Part shown: one piece after another, positions 25,738 through 39,814 of the stretch
How the letters are laid out: each line of letters starts with the position of its first letter
How positions within the stretch are numbered: the stretch's first letter is position 1
From: the human T2T-CHM13v2.0 reference genome, Homo sapiens
Direction: 5' to 3' (one strand)
Length of the DNA stretch: 64,000 bases
Assembly: GCF_009914755.1 (NCBI RefSeq)
Contig: NC_060939.1
Notes under the pieces: generated by a model
What the model was told of the DNA's origin: nothing
What the model saw: the letters and a program-made list of their open reading frames with translations, nothing else
Database searches by the model: none
Position numbers and translations under genes: made by a program

Positions 25738-28700
25738 TTTTTTTTTTTTTTTTTTTTTTTTTTAGTATTATACTTTAAGTTCTGGGATACATGTGCAGAA
25801 CATGCAGGTTTGTTACATAGGTATACATGTGCCATGGTGGTTTGCTGCACTCATCAACCTGTCATCTACATTAGGTATTTCTCCTAATGCTATCCCTCCC
25901 ACAGCCCCACCCCCTCAACAGGCCCCCTGATGTTCCTGTCCCTGAATCCATGTGTTCTCATTGTTCAATTCCCACTTATGAGTGAGAACATGCAATGTTT
26001 GGTTTTCTGTTCTTGTGTTAGTTTGCTGAGAATGATGGTTTCCAGCTTCATCCATGTCCCTGCAATGTTTTTTATGGCTGCATAGTATTCCATGGTGTGT
26101 ATGTGCCACATTTTCTTTATCCAGTCTATCACTGATGGACATTTGGGTTGGTTCCAAGTCTTCGCTATTGTGAACACTGCCGCAATAAACATACGTGTGC
26201 ATGTGTCTTTATAGTAGAATGATTTATAATCCTTTGTGTATATACCCAGTAATGGGATTGCTGGGTCAAATGGTATTTCTCATTCTAGAGCCTTGAGGAA
26301 TTGCCACATTGTCTTCCATTGTTGTGTCTTTTAATTGGGGGCATTTAGCCCATTTACATTTAAGGTTAATATTGTTATGTGTGAACTGGATCCTGCCATT
26401 ATGATGCTATCTGGTTGTTTTGCCCGTTAATTATGTAGTTTCTTTATAGCATTGATGGTCTTTACAATTTGGTATGTTTTTGCAGTGCCTGGTACCGGTT
26501 GTTCCTTTCCATGTTTAGTGCTTCTTTCAGCTCTTGGAGGGCAGGCCTGGTGGTGACAAAATCTCTCAGCATTTCCTTGTCTGTAAAGATTTTATTTCTC
26601 CTTCACTTATGAAGCTTAGTTTGGCTGGATATGAAATTCTGGGTTGAAAATTCTTTTCTTTAAGAATGTTGAATATTGGCTCCCAATCTCTTCTGGTTTG
26701 TAGGGTTTCTGCAGAGAGATCCGCTGTTAGTCTGGTGGGCTTCCCTTTGTGGGTAACCCAACCTTTCTCTCTGGCTGCCCTTAACATTTTTTCCTTCATT
26801 TCAACCTTGGTGAATCTGACAATTATGTGTCTTGGGGTTGCTCTTTTTGAGGAGTATCTTTGTGGTGTTCTCTGTATTTCCTGAATTTGAATGTTGGCCT
26901 GCCTTGCTAGGTTGGGGAAGTTCTCCTGGATAATATCCTGAAGAGTGTTTTCCAACTTGGTTCCATACTCTCCATCACTTTCAGGTACACCAATCAATTG
27001 TAGATTTGGTCTTTTCACATAGTCCCATATTTGTTGGAGGCTTTGTTCGTTTCTTTTCATTCTTTTTTTCTCTAATCTTGTCTTCTTGCTTTACTTCATT
27101 GAGTTGATTTTCAGTCTCTGATATCCTTTCTACCGCTTGATCAATTCAGCTATTGATACTTGTGTATGCTTCACGAAGTTCTCATGCTGTGTTTTTCAGC
27201 TCCGTCAGGTCACTTATGTTCTTCTCTAAACTGGTTATCCTAGTTAGCAATTCATCTAACCTTTTTTCAAGGTTCTTAGCTTGCTTGCATTGGGTCAGAA
27301 CATAACTCCTTTAGCTCGCAGGAGTTTGTTATTACCCACCTTCTGAAGCCTACTTCTGTCAGTTTGTCAAACTTATTCTCTGTCCAGTTTTGTTCCCTTG
27401 CTGGCAAGGAGTTGTGATTCTTTGGCAGAGAAGAGGCATTCTGGTTTTTGGAATTTTCAGTCTTTTTGCGCTGGTTTCTCCCCATCTTCATGGATTTATG
27501 TACCTTTGGCCTTTGAAGTTGGTGACCTTTGGATGGGGTCTCTGAGTGGACATCCTTTTTGTTGATGTTGATATTATTCCTTTCTGTTTGTTAGTTTTCC
27601 TTCTAACAGTCAGGCCCCTCTGCTGCAGGTCTGCTGTAGGTCCGCCCCAGACCCTGTTTGCCTGGGTATCACTGGCAGAGGCTGCACAACAGTAAAGATT
27701 GCTGCCTGTTCCTTCCTCTGGAAGCTTCGTCCCAGAGGGGCACCCGCCAGATGCCAGCCAGAGCTCTCCTGTAGGAGGTGTCTGTTGGCCCCTACTGGGA
27801 GGTGCCTCCCAGTCAGGATACCCAGGTGTCAGGGACCCACTTGAGAAGGTAGGCTGTCCCTTATCAGAGCTCTAACGCTGTGCTGGGAGATCCGCTGCTG
27901 TCTTTAGAGCTGCCAAGTATGGACGTTTAAGTTTGCTGAAGCTGTGCCTACAACCGCCCCTTGCCCCACGTGCTCTGTCCCAGGTAGGTGGGGGTTTTAT
28001 CTATAAGTCCCTGATTGGGGCTGGTGCCTTTTTTTCAGAGATGCCCTGCCCGTAGAGGAATGAATCTAGAGAGGCAGCAGCGGCCTTGCTGAGCTGCGGT
28101 GGGCTCCACCCAGTTCGAACTTCCTGGAGGCTTTGTTTACACTGTGAGGGTAAAACTGCCTACTCAAGCCTCAGCAATGGTGGACACCCCTCCCCCCACC
28201 AAGCTTGAGGGTCCCAGGTTGAGCTCAGACTGCTGTGCTGGCACGAGAATTTCAAGCCAGTGGATCTTAACTTGCTGGGCTCAGTGTGGGTGGGACCCGC
28301 TGAGCCAGACCACTTGGCTCCCTGGCTTCTGCCCCCTTTCCAGGGGAGTGAACTGTTCTGTCTCACTGGTGTTCCAGGTGCCACTGGGGTATGAAAGAAA
28401 ACTCCTGTGGCTAGCTTGGTGTCTACCCAAACAGCCGCCCAGTTTTGTGCTGGAAACCCAGGGCCCTGGTGGTGTAGGCTCCAGAGGGGATTCCTGGTCT
28501 GCAGGTTGCGAAGACCATGGGAAAAGCGCAGTATCTGGGCTGGAGTACACGGTACAGTCCCTAATGGCTTCCCTTGGGTGGGAGAGGGAGTTCCCCGGCC
28601 CCTTGTGCTTCCTGGGTGAGGCAGTGCCCCGCCCCCCCCCTCCCCCCCCCGCTTTGCCTCGCCCTCCTTGGGCTGCACCCACTGTCCAACCAGTCCCAAT

Positions 28701-28810
28701 GAGATGAACCAGGTACCTCAGTTGGAAATGCAGAAGTCACCTGTCTTCTGTGTCAATCTTGCTGGAAGCTGCAGACCAGCGCTTTTCCTATTAGGCCATC
28801 TTGCCAGCAA
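25738..28810 (-). mobile_element. LINE-1 (L1PA7/8-like) with 5'UTR and ORF1, most of ORF2 deleted, nested in an older L1
   Basis: 5'UTR start CAAGATGGCCTAATAGG near 28805, ORF1 remnants 26566-27491, ORF2 start joined to the ORF2 C-terminus at ~26320, long poly(T) at ~25736-25763. Degenerate TSD (..CCCACTTTT) on both sides. Confidence 0.92.
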
Positions 28811-29715
28811 AGTCCTTGCCCACTTTTTAATGGGGCTATTTATTATTTGCTTGTTCAGTTCTTTAAGTTCCTTACAGATTCTGGATATAAGAACTTTGTT
28901 GGATGCATAGTTTGTGAATATTTTCTCCCATTCTGTAGATTGTTTATTGACTACGTTGATGTTTTATATTGCTGTGCAGAAGCTCTTTAGTTTAATTAGG
29001 TCCCACTTGTCAATTTTTGTTTTTGTTGCATTTGTTTTTGGGGACTTAGTCACAGATTATTTCTCAATGCCAATGTACAGAATGGTGTTTTCTAGGTTTT
29101 CTTCTAGGATTCTTATAGTGTAAAGTCTTACATTTAAATATTTAATCCATTTTGAGTTAATTTTTGTATATGATGAAAGGAAAGGGTCCAGTTCCAATCT
29201 TTGGCATATGGCTGGCCAGCTATCCCAGTACCATTTATTGAGTAGGAAGTCCTTTCCCCATTGCTTGTTTTTGTTGACTTTTTTGGAGATCACATAGTTA
29301 TAGGTGTGTGGCTTTATTTCTGAGTTCTCTATTCTGTTTCATCAGTCTATGTGTCTGTTGTTGTACCAGTACCATGCTGTTTGGGTTACTGTAGCCTTGT
29401 AGTATAGTTTGAAGTTGGGTAATATGATGCCTTCAGCTTTGTTCTTTTTGCTTAGGATTTTTTTTGGCTATTTGGGCTGTTTTGGTTTTAGAATAGTTTT
29501 TTTCTAATTCTGTGAAAAATTACATTGGTAATTGGATAGAAATAGCATTGAATCTGTAAATTGCTTTGGGTAGTATGGCAAGTTTAACAATATTGATTCT
29601 TCCAACCCATGAGCATAGGATGTTTTTTCATTTGTTTGTGTCACCTATGATTTCTTTCCACAGAATTTTCTAGTTTTCTTTGTAGAGATCTTGCACCTCC
29701 TGGGTTAGATGTACC

Positions 29716-29878
29716 TGTGATTACAGGTGTGTGCCACCATGCCTAATTTTTGTATTTTTAGTAGAGATGAGGTTTCACCATGTTGCCCAGGCTGGTCTCA
29801 AACTCTTGAGCTCAACTGATTTGCTTACTTCAATCTCCCAAAGTACTGGGATTACAGGCTTGAGCCACTGTGTCTGGC
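29716..29878 (-). mobile_element. Truncated Alu inside L1
   Basis: Left arm and linker only; tail and most of the right arm missing. Confidence 0.85.
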
Positions 29879-32800
29879 TGAGATCTTTCTAACTTTTTGA
29901 GGTAAGCATTAGTGCTATAAACTTTTGTCTTAACATGGTTTTTGCTGCATCCCAGAGATTTTGGTATGTTCTGGTTCTGTTTTCATTTCTTTTAAATATT
30001 TTTTTCCTTTCTGCCTTAATTTCATTGTTTACAGTCAGGCAGGGGCAATTTGTTTGATTTTCATTCAATTGTGTGGTTTTGGGAAATCTTTTTGGTATTG
30101 ATACCTATTTTTATTCCAAGAGTATGGTTGATAAGAGTTTGGTTTTTTTGAATTTATCAAAACTGCTTTATGGCCGAGCATGTGGTTAATATTAGAGCAT
30201 GTTCTGTGTGCAGATGATAGCAATGTATTTTCTGTGGTTGATGGGTGAAGTATTTTGTAGGTATCTCTTATGTCCTATTGGTTAAGTGTCTAAATCAAGT
30301 CCTGAGTTTTTTTGTTGGGTTCTGCCTCGATGATCTGCATTATGTTGTCAGTACGGTGTTGAAGTTCCCCGTCCCATTATTGTGTGACTATTTCTTTTTG
30401 TATGTGTAAAAGTAGTTGTTTTATGAATCTGGGTGATCCAATGCTGGGTGCATATATATTTAGGATAGTTAAGTTTCCTGGTTGAATTGAACTTTTTATC
30501 ATTATGTAATACCCTTTGTCTTTTTTTGACTGTTGTTGGTTTAAAGTCTGTTTTATCTGGTATAAGAATAGTGACTCCTGCTCTTTTTTGTTTTCCATTT
30601 ATGTGATAGAACTTTCTCCAGTCCTTTAATTTGAGCCTAGGGGTGGGTGTTGTTACTTGTAAAAAGGGTCTCTTGAAGACAGCAGATGGACTGATCTTGT
30701 TCTTTTATCCAACTTGCAACTCTGTGCCTTTTCAATGGAGCATTTAGACTGTTTACATTCAAGGTTATAATTAATATGTGAGGCTTTGGTGCTATCGTGA
30801 AGTTGTTAGCTGGTTGCTTTGTAGTTTCTATTGTGTCATTGGTTTATAGTATCTGTGGCTATATATTCAAGGGTGTTTCTGTGGTAGAAGGTATCCTCCT
30901 TTGTCTTCCCTTTTAGAACTCCCTTAAAGATCTCTTATGAGACAGGTCTAGTGGCAATGAATTCCCTTAGTGCTTGCGTGTCTGGAAGATTTTATTTCTC
31001 CTTGCTTATGAAGCTTAGTTTGGTGGGATATTAAATTCTTGGTTAGAATTTCTTTTCTTTAAGAATGCTGAAAATAGGCCCCCAATCTCTCCTGGCTTAT
31101 AAGGTTTTTGCTGAGAAGTCTGCTGTAGCCTGAAGGTGTTCCCTTTATCTGGCCTTTTTCTCTAGCTGCTTTTAAGATTTTTTCTTTAGCACTGACCTTG
31201 GAAAGTCTGGTGAGTATATGCCTTGGTGATGTTCATTTTGTATAGTATCTCACAGGTGTTCTCTGAATTTCTTGAATCTGGTTGTCTACCTCTCTAACAA
31301 GATAACAAGATTAGGGACACTTTTTGAATTATTCCTTCAAATATGTTTTCTGTGTTGTATACTTTTTCTCCTCTCTCAGGAATGCCAATAATTTATAGGT
31401 TTGGTCACTTTACATAATCCCATATTTCTCAAAGATTTTGTTTATTTTTCTTAATTCTTTTTTTAATTTTTTGTCAGACTTGGTTATTTTGAAAGACTGG
31501 TCTTCAAGCTCTGAGGTTTTTTCTTCTGCTTGGAACAGTCTATTGATAAAACTTTCAAATGTGTTTTGAAAATTTCAGTTGAGTTTTTGAATTCCAGAAG
31601 CTCTGATTGATTTCCTAAGATGTGTATCTCTTACTTCATTTCCTGAATTGATTTAGGAGTTTCTTTGTGTTGACTTTCAACACACTCTAGTGCCTGTGTT
31701 TAAGGCTGTTGAGCAAGATGGAAGAGTGACTGTATTTTCACTTACATGAAAATAGCTCTACCCAATACGATTTTATTTGTTGCCTGGCAGAGGCCATCCC
31801 AGGAAGTTTCTTCCCAGTTAAGGCCTCATTTTGGGATGAGATTTGTTTCCATTGTGTTCCTGAGGGCAACTCATTTTACTCCAGGAGAGAAATGTAATAG
31901 TGATGTAGGTTGTATTCAAACAGTAACTAACTGAATGGCCAATTTATCCACTGGAATTTCCTGCTTTCAACTTATTGTTCTGGCAACCTGTAGTCTGAAA
32001 GACAGCATTGTCTTCAGGCATCACATGATATCCATGAGATCTGATCATACTACACAAATTACCCTGCACTCAGGAATCTCCTACATGATATTGCTGGAAT
32101 AAGTGTCCATATGAACTACAGTTTTGCTGATATGAATTAATTCTGCATGGTATTATTTAAAAATAAAACATCCTTAGGCTGAATCCAGGTTACTTTCAAA
32201 TTTTGGCTTTGAGATTTCATTCTGCATAGTAATATTTTTTATCATTTAATAAACATTCAACATTAACACATTAGTCCTCAAATCTAAAAGGAAAGTAGTG
32301 GAAGCCTCATTTTAAATAATTGAAGCAGCGAAAACTAAACCTTATGAAATCTCATATTGATGAATGTTTCAGCATGACTTAAAAATATGATTGTACAAAG
32401 AATATTATAGAAGCATTAATGTAATCAAAAGAAAGAAAATTATCATAATCCCATTCTCCAAAAAATAAAAATTATTTTCATTTTTCTGTGTCTTTTCATC
32501 TGTTACATACAAATACATATTTTACAATATTGTTATAATGGTATGGTTGCTTTCTTTACCCAACATACTATCATAATTTATGCATTCAAGTTTTATAATA
32601 ATTATTTTAATGTTTGCAAAAGGTTACACTGAATGTACATACCTAAGGTGCTCTATTTCTCTGGTAATATAGCATGGTACTAACTTTATTGTGTTTCTTT
32701 ATGTGAAATCACTAGTTTCTCCTCTCATCCCCAATTGTGTGTTCCAATATGACACTTTCCCCACAAGAGCCTAGCGAGGGAGGACTGTAACTCTTTTATC

Positions 32801-34212
32801 TGAAATCCCTCTGAATTCGAAGGAAAGATAGCCCTGGTCTTGCTTAGCTTGGACTTGGAGCAATACACATAATTGAAAATAGAGGTGGTGGTCCTGCTCA
32901 TTACATAAACAAGAAGTCTGCAATCTCAGTTATGCCAGGTTTCCATCTTTAGCTTTTTTCCCCACTTTGGCTGTCACAGACTGTGAAGGAGTCTGGCAGC
33001 CTTCAAATAAAAGGTTCAGCAATCTTCCTGAAATGACTGAAACTTGAAGATATCAAGTTACTTTTAATGCCCGTCTTACTCCCTCCTGCTACATCAAGTG
33101 ACTGAACATCTAAAATCTTTTCTGAGTAAAAGCTGCAGAAAATTGAATATTATTCTTCTTGTAGAATGATTAATACAACCAATGATACACTTTTTCTAAA
33201 GTATAAATGGTGTTGAGCTGCTTAAACTTTATTTGCATACAGCTATTACCTGCTACTATTTAATTTCTTCCTCAGAGTGCCTGTTAGAACTTCAAAGATT
33301 TTATTCTTCTACAAAGTTATTGTGCTCTCTTGAGTATCATTTCCATGATTATTTGTGAGGGAGGTGATGTATTTGTCACTTTGAACAAATTTTGGATTTT
33401 CTTTGACTTGTACATTTATTATATACTATTGGTATTGAAATCAAGAATTATGTTTTATTTCTTATAAATTATTAATTTTGAACATATGACTTTATTGAAA
33501 TGAACTGGGTAGACATACGTTCCTCATAAAGTCATTCTAATTGTAAAATTTGGTCATGGTTGTACATTTGTGCTGTATAATGAAGTGCTGGGCTGCATGA
33601 TGTTGGTGTTGACTGAAATCTTAGCATTTTCTTGTACAACTCAGTGGTGATGGTTTTCAGTAGATTTCTGTTGAAGTGTGTTAATGAATATCTTAACTTT
33701 TATTCTTTTTAGACACTTATAACTATAAATTTTTTCCGAATTAGATAAAACAGAATACTTAGACCATATACATTATGAACAATGGTTATATTCTACTCCT
33801 TGGGGATGAATGTGGCAACATGTTTTTCAATTCCACCATCTGAATTGGCCTCATACTTTATATTCCCATGCACTGCTATATGGTAAGCCACTGAATGGAA
33901 GATTCACTTGGGGACAAATAAAATAGTCCTTTTCTGGGACTTCACAACAGTGGTTGGGATGTAACAAACTAAGACCTTCTCAACTCAGGACTCTGGGGTC
34001 TTTCATCTCCCTTTATAATCACAGAATATTAGAGAAACAAAGGGTTTTGGAAATTGTAGGATCCAATTTAATTAGATTAGAAATGAAGAAACTGAAGCTT
34101 CTAGAAGTGAAGTACCTTGCCTTTGAGAGATTGAGTGTGTGTGAGAGACTCAGGAAAAGAATGGCCCAGGGGCAAATTTCGTACTTATCTGCCAAAAGTA
34201 TTGTCCTAGAAT

Positions 34213-34840
34213 TGAAACCAAGAGGTTAATTTGATCAGGTCTGCCTGCCCTGCTTGCTTTTGGTCACTTGCTTTTGTTATTTTTTTTTTTTTTTCCTTTT
34301 TCCATGAAGCTGAAAGCCATGCTGCTGAACACGAAACTTAACCTTTACTGGCTGCTTGATAGATACCATCCATAGTTCACCAAAACAACACTTCCGTTGT
34401 TTTTCAGAAACTTGGGCCAGCTCCTGTCCAATTCAAACTGGTTGAGACCACCAGCCCTTGAGCTGGGCCTGCGCAAGTGCGCAACAAATGGCCTTTTGAC
34501 CATGGAGGGCCAAAAACTCTACCCTCAGGTTGTGCTAACACGATTTTCTATACATATGTCCTACAAAATGCTATGAAGCCTGACTATGCTTGCACAGAAT
34601 GAACCTGTTACTTCATTTTCCCCATTGCCAATCACCTTTCCCCACACCTAAGGCCACCCCCATTTCCCTAACCCAAAAATATCCCTAAGCCTTATTTTAG
34701 GGGAAGTAGATGTGAGAGCTGTTCTCCTGCCTCCTTGCTTGGCAGCTTTGCCAATAAATCTTTTCTCTTTTGCAAAACCTGTGTCACAGTGATTGATTCA
34801 CTGTGCATGGGCAGAACAGACCTGGACCTCGGTGATAACA
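34213..34840 (+). mobile_element. Solo LTR, ERV1-like
   Basis: TG...CA termini, 4-bp TSD GAAT (34209-34212 and 34841-34844), AATAAA near 34753. Family not identified. Confidence 0.75.
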
Positions 34841-35883
34841 GAATGAAGCTTCAGGAGGCTTTGCTGTCTATCTTGTATCCCTTAGAGATAGTCTTTGGAT
34901 TATCCTCAGAGTTGTTTCTGAGCATCTCAGGCTTAAGGCGAAAGTGCCCATTATACACATAATGCTAATTGTATAACAAGTAAAAGGAAGCTAGGCAGCA
35001 AGCTGTGGCCAGAATCTCCTACTTTATACACTAGAATGCACTTAGTTCTTAATCCTAAAAACTACATTCTTGAAATAAGCTTATTAGCATGTGGCCTAAA
35101 CTGATCTTAGAGCAGTTATATTCTGTTTAATGTTTACCTTTGCCTATAAGTAAACTATTTTAATGTTAGATTTGTAGTTTACCCAACATCCATGTATCAA
35201 AAACATTTTTTAAAAGGTTATAAGCACATGTGACTTACTCTATAGGAAATAACATCATTGTTGGAATCTTACCCAGATTCTAAATGGCCTAGAATTATAT
35301 GTAAAATAGGACTGCAGTTCTAGTAAGTTTCACTATTTAATACATCATTATCAGCAGTTTTGTAGTATACTCAGGAAATTGAGGGAAGGGCTATTGAAAA
35401 CATTAACACTTATTCAAGTAAAATAATTCAACAAAATTGCCAGGACTTGTATTAGGCATGGAGACACAAAAATAAGTAGAGACATGGTGTTTTGCCCTTG
35501 AGAAATTAGTAAGAATAAGAAGTGACAACATTTTTGAAGTAGGAGACAGAAGAACTATAAAATTTAGGAATAAAGACTGTAACAGCTTAGTGATCTATGC
35601 TTTTAGTGCAGGGTTGTTTAAAAGTAGATGAAGGTGCTTCTCCTTTCTACTATAGCATTCTATGTATAGGACAGATTATTGATGACCCTATTTCCCTGTC
35701 TTTGCTATTAGATTGCTTAGCACCCTCATACTAGTATCAGTGCTGGTATGTAACAGGTATTTGGTAAAACAAACAGTAAATGTTTACTGTTCTTTGCATA
35801 CTGAACGAGTATTCTTATTGGTATCTAGGTGCAGTTGAGTTATAGATTTCATCCTGAGAAGCTTAGTTATTATCATAAAGTTA

Positions 35884-36274
<391 letters not shown>

Positions 36275-38383
36275 CTAACATAAAAAGTGTTAGTGCTTCA
36301 AATGATCAGCTTTAGTTATCTGGAAAATTTAATTATGGGCCACAGGTCACTCCCTGATAAGGCTGGATAAACAAGTTGTTGATTTACAGAAATTCCAGCA
36401 TTTTTATAATTTATGTCCTTTAACAGAGACAGCTCCAAGGGTTGCTTTGAAGGACTTTGGCTATTCCCATTATTTTCAATCACCCCTCTACCCTCCACAA
36501 AGCTATTCCAAATAAATATACAAACTTCGGGTTTGCTTTGCAAATACATGTTCAAGACAAGTTCCCTAGCTCTCTGCTTGAAACTTAATTGAATATCTAA
36601 GTCCTTCATATAAAGATAGAACTTCTGGAACTCCCACTTTGAAATTTGATATATCACTAAAAAAACAGAAAACAGACACATGTGAGGCAACCACCAAAAG
36701 GAGCCAATTTCGTTTTTCCTTCAATAAACAGGACTTTAGCTCTAAACTAGAATATAGGTTTCTACTTTCTGAAATTTTGGAGCACCTCACAGAATCACTC
36801 GGAGCCAGAGGCTGGAAGTGATTTTTGTGGGGCAAATGCATGGTAATAGAGTAGGTTTTGTTTACTTTCTCCTTTGTCTGCCCACCTCCTAGGAGAGAAG
36901 TAGGTTGGGTGAACACAAAATTATTATCTGATCAATATTTACTTGAGGTATTGCTTTTGAGTCCTAAATTCCAAACATTCAAAAGGTTTGGCTTTTCCAC
37001 CTGATTTTATTGACCAACAATATTTATAGCAAGAAGGCTTTTACCCCAGCCTTTGATATTCACTTAAACTATTTGAAAATGAAGTTTTCTTCTCTTATTT
37101 GATACAAATGTGGCTTTACCACATTTCTCCTAAATTGAACAAACCAACCTATTACTAACTCTCCAGAATGAGAATTCATATTTCCCCCCTTATTCTTCCG
37201 TTGAGTCATGTTTATAATCTAAAGCCCAAATTGTGCTTTAAAAAATGATGTAACTCACTCCCTGGAACCTGATTACCTAAAGCAACTGAAGTCTTTTATT
37301 TAATTCACTAGTTAGTGTTAATAACAAGTTGGTGAATTGTAGTCTGTATCTTGTATATTTTATTAAAAGAAAATCCCTAACTAGAACTTAAACTGAGTTT
37401 GTAAGAAAAAATAGCCAGATATTACAATTTTTTAATTGTCTCTGGCTCAAGGTGGCTGACAATACTTACAATACTCATACTCATTCATGTGAAACAAAAC
37501 TCCTTTGTTCATCAAGTTCTTATAAAAATTATTAATTTCATTTTCATTTTAAAACTCATCCTCCCCCTCTTAACTGGCAGAGTTTATAAAAGGAATAAAC
37601 TAGCAATTTACTCATCAAAGTTTAGAACAGCTTCAAGTGTAAGCCATCAAAAATAAAATAAAATGTCTTTCTCTAAGAGCAAAATTTAAATACTTGATAT
37701 ATCCTTTATTTTACTATGCCTTGCCAATATTTTTATGCTTATTCTCTATTACATAAGTTTTAAGTGTATTTTTAAAAATCTGAAATTGGTTCCTTTATGG
37801 AATCCCTGGGAGTCAAGTAGGGGAGTTATTAGGTTATTTTAGGTATTTGATATATGGTAGCATCAAAGGGAATTGAGCAGAGATTCACTGATCAGAAATA
37901 TTCTAACTGTAAAAAGGCAGTTGCAGACTTTTATACAGAGGTAGGTTACCAATAGTCATTGACCTCTACTGACTTCTGGGCTTATACAGAGAGTGACTAG
38001 CTTTTTTCTATGGGTTGAAGCCATGTGTATGGACCAAAACTCTGCATGATGCTGACAGTATTTTTCTGTAAGCAAAAACGATAAAAAACAAAACAAAACA
38101 AAACACAAAATAACCCGAAACTAGAATGAAAGGGGAAAAAAAATCCAACCAAAACAAAATGAGAGGGAGAATTTAAGAATTTAGATGGGAAATTAACTTT
38201 GTTGGTAACTTTGTTGGATGGATGAATAAGGTAATATGTAAACTCTTAAGCCCCTAAACTTCTAAAATTAGAAGGCTGCACGTGACAAAGTAAAATACAG
38301 TTCTGTATGTGTTGGCTTTCTGATATCCCTAGGTGGTATATCAAGTTCTATAAAATAAATTAAACTTTTCTTCTTACTCAAGG

Positions 38384-38571
38384 CAGTGTTGTTCATAGTA
38401 CTTTCTGTGACAATGGAAATGTCTGACATTTGCATTGTCCAATAGTCACATATGGTTAATGAGCACTTAAAATGTGGCGAGTGTATCAGATTAACTGAAT
38501 TTCTACTTATACTTAATTTCATTAATTTAAATGACCACACATGGCTAGTGGCTACCATACTGGACAGTGCA
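38384..38571 (+). mobile_element. MER3-like hAT-Charlie MITE
   Basis: ACTTTCTGTGACAATGGAAATG... CACATGGCTAGTGGCTACCATACTGGACAGTGCAG. Confidence 0.7.
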
Positions 38572-39019
38572 GGTCTAGAATGATGACAAACATCATAAAT
38601 ACCTGTGTGCACATACTTATATTTCTTTAAATTTTGCTCTAAATAATCTATATTGCATTTTGGGTAATGTAAAAGTATCATTGACTGGATCACATACTAA
38701 TTCTCGATCTGTTAAACACTGTTAAGTTTTTACTGGGAGATGCTACCAAGGTTATAAGAATAGTGGGGGAAAGCAAATAGTTTAAACTGTCTTTTATGGG
38801 CTAGTTCCACAAAACCGAGCTTAAAAGTAAGAACAAATGGTTCATCTCTTAAAACAACAGATTCAGAACCCCTATGAGGGTACTGTGATTTGCCTTTTCC
38901 CGTAATCTAATTTTTGACCTTGGTGGGTCTTCCTGCACCATTTGCCTTTTATAATCCCTAACACACAGGAAGCTTCTCTCTTATTTGCTCCAAGGTGAAT
39001 ATGACTTTTCCTTTCCTAA

Positions 39020-39248
39020 CAGTGCTCTCTAAGATATGCGAGCCAAAGACAAAGTGAGCTGGGCCAATGGTAGGGATAAATGGGAGTGAATAAGTACAAA
39101 GGAGAGACTGCTGATAGGCTCATCCTAATCCACTGCATGGAACAGCTTTCCCCGTGTGCATCACATTCCCCCTTAAAAGCACGTTGTTAAGGCCACCATG
39201 TACCACTGAGCACATATATGCTACACAGTTCTTAGAGGGACCACACTG
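39020..39248. mobile_element. Probable hAT-type MITE
   Basis: Imperfect terminal inverted repeats CAGTGCTCTCTAAG / CTTAGAGGGACCACACTG. Confidence 0.4.
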
Positions 39249-39814
39249 GCCAGTGCATAACCTACTCAACCATACGCTGTGGTTTGAGCTCTACAATCAA
39301 TGAATTTTTCTCATTCTTTCCTATATAAACTATCCATTGTGTAGATCATTTAGTTTTGTTAGCCTTGTTTGCACTTATTTGAATTCAGGTAGTAGAGAAA
39401 TAAGAACTGCGTAGGCACAGTGTGTGATTATACACTGTGCTTCTATACAAATAAAATATTTTCAGTTTCAAATGTCTTCCACACAATGCAAAAATGACTA
39501 CTAGCTATGGAATTGTTAGTTTAATTCAGTACTTAGCCACTCCTTTTAGATCATGTTAAAGTCTTTCCTGGAAGATACGGAAAGAAGATACGGCCAATTC
39601 CGCCCAAACTCTGGAGCATGCAACTCCAAGTCATGACAGCAAATGAGATCTTACCATAGGACAATGTTGATTTTTTTCTAAAACATGTAATTCCCATATA
39701 GTTTTTAAAAATCTGCTTCCATCTAATCGACTATTGGAGATCTACAAGAAAAGTAGTGAGCAATCAATGGATTGTTTTCTCTGTAATGGTGAGAACTGAA
39801 ACTAACACATACAC

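Larger units (their letters stand above)
24915..31680 (-). mobile_element. Older LINE-1 (L1PA15/16-like) host element, interrupted by the nested L1 and an Alu fragment
   Basis: 3'UTR/ORF2 end 24915-25735, ORF2 28812-29715 and 29880-30900, ORF1 remnants to ~31680. ORF-track peptides match L1 ORF2. Confidence 0.88.

Noticed and set aside
26290-26350. Spliced L1 retrocopy
   Set aside because: The deletion junction does not match GT-AG boundaries in the full-length L1 sequence.
28099-28910. Cluster of long overlapping ORFs
   Set aside because: These come from the GC-rich L1 5'UTR, where few stop codons are expected.
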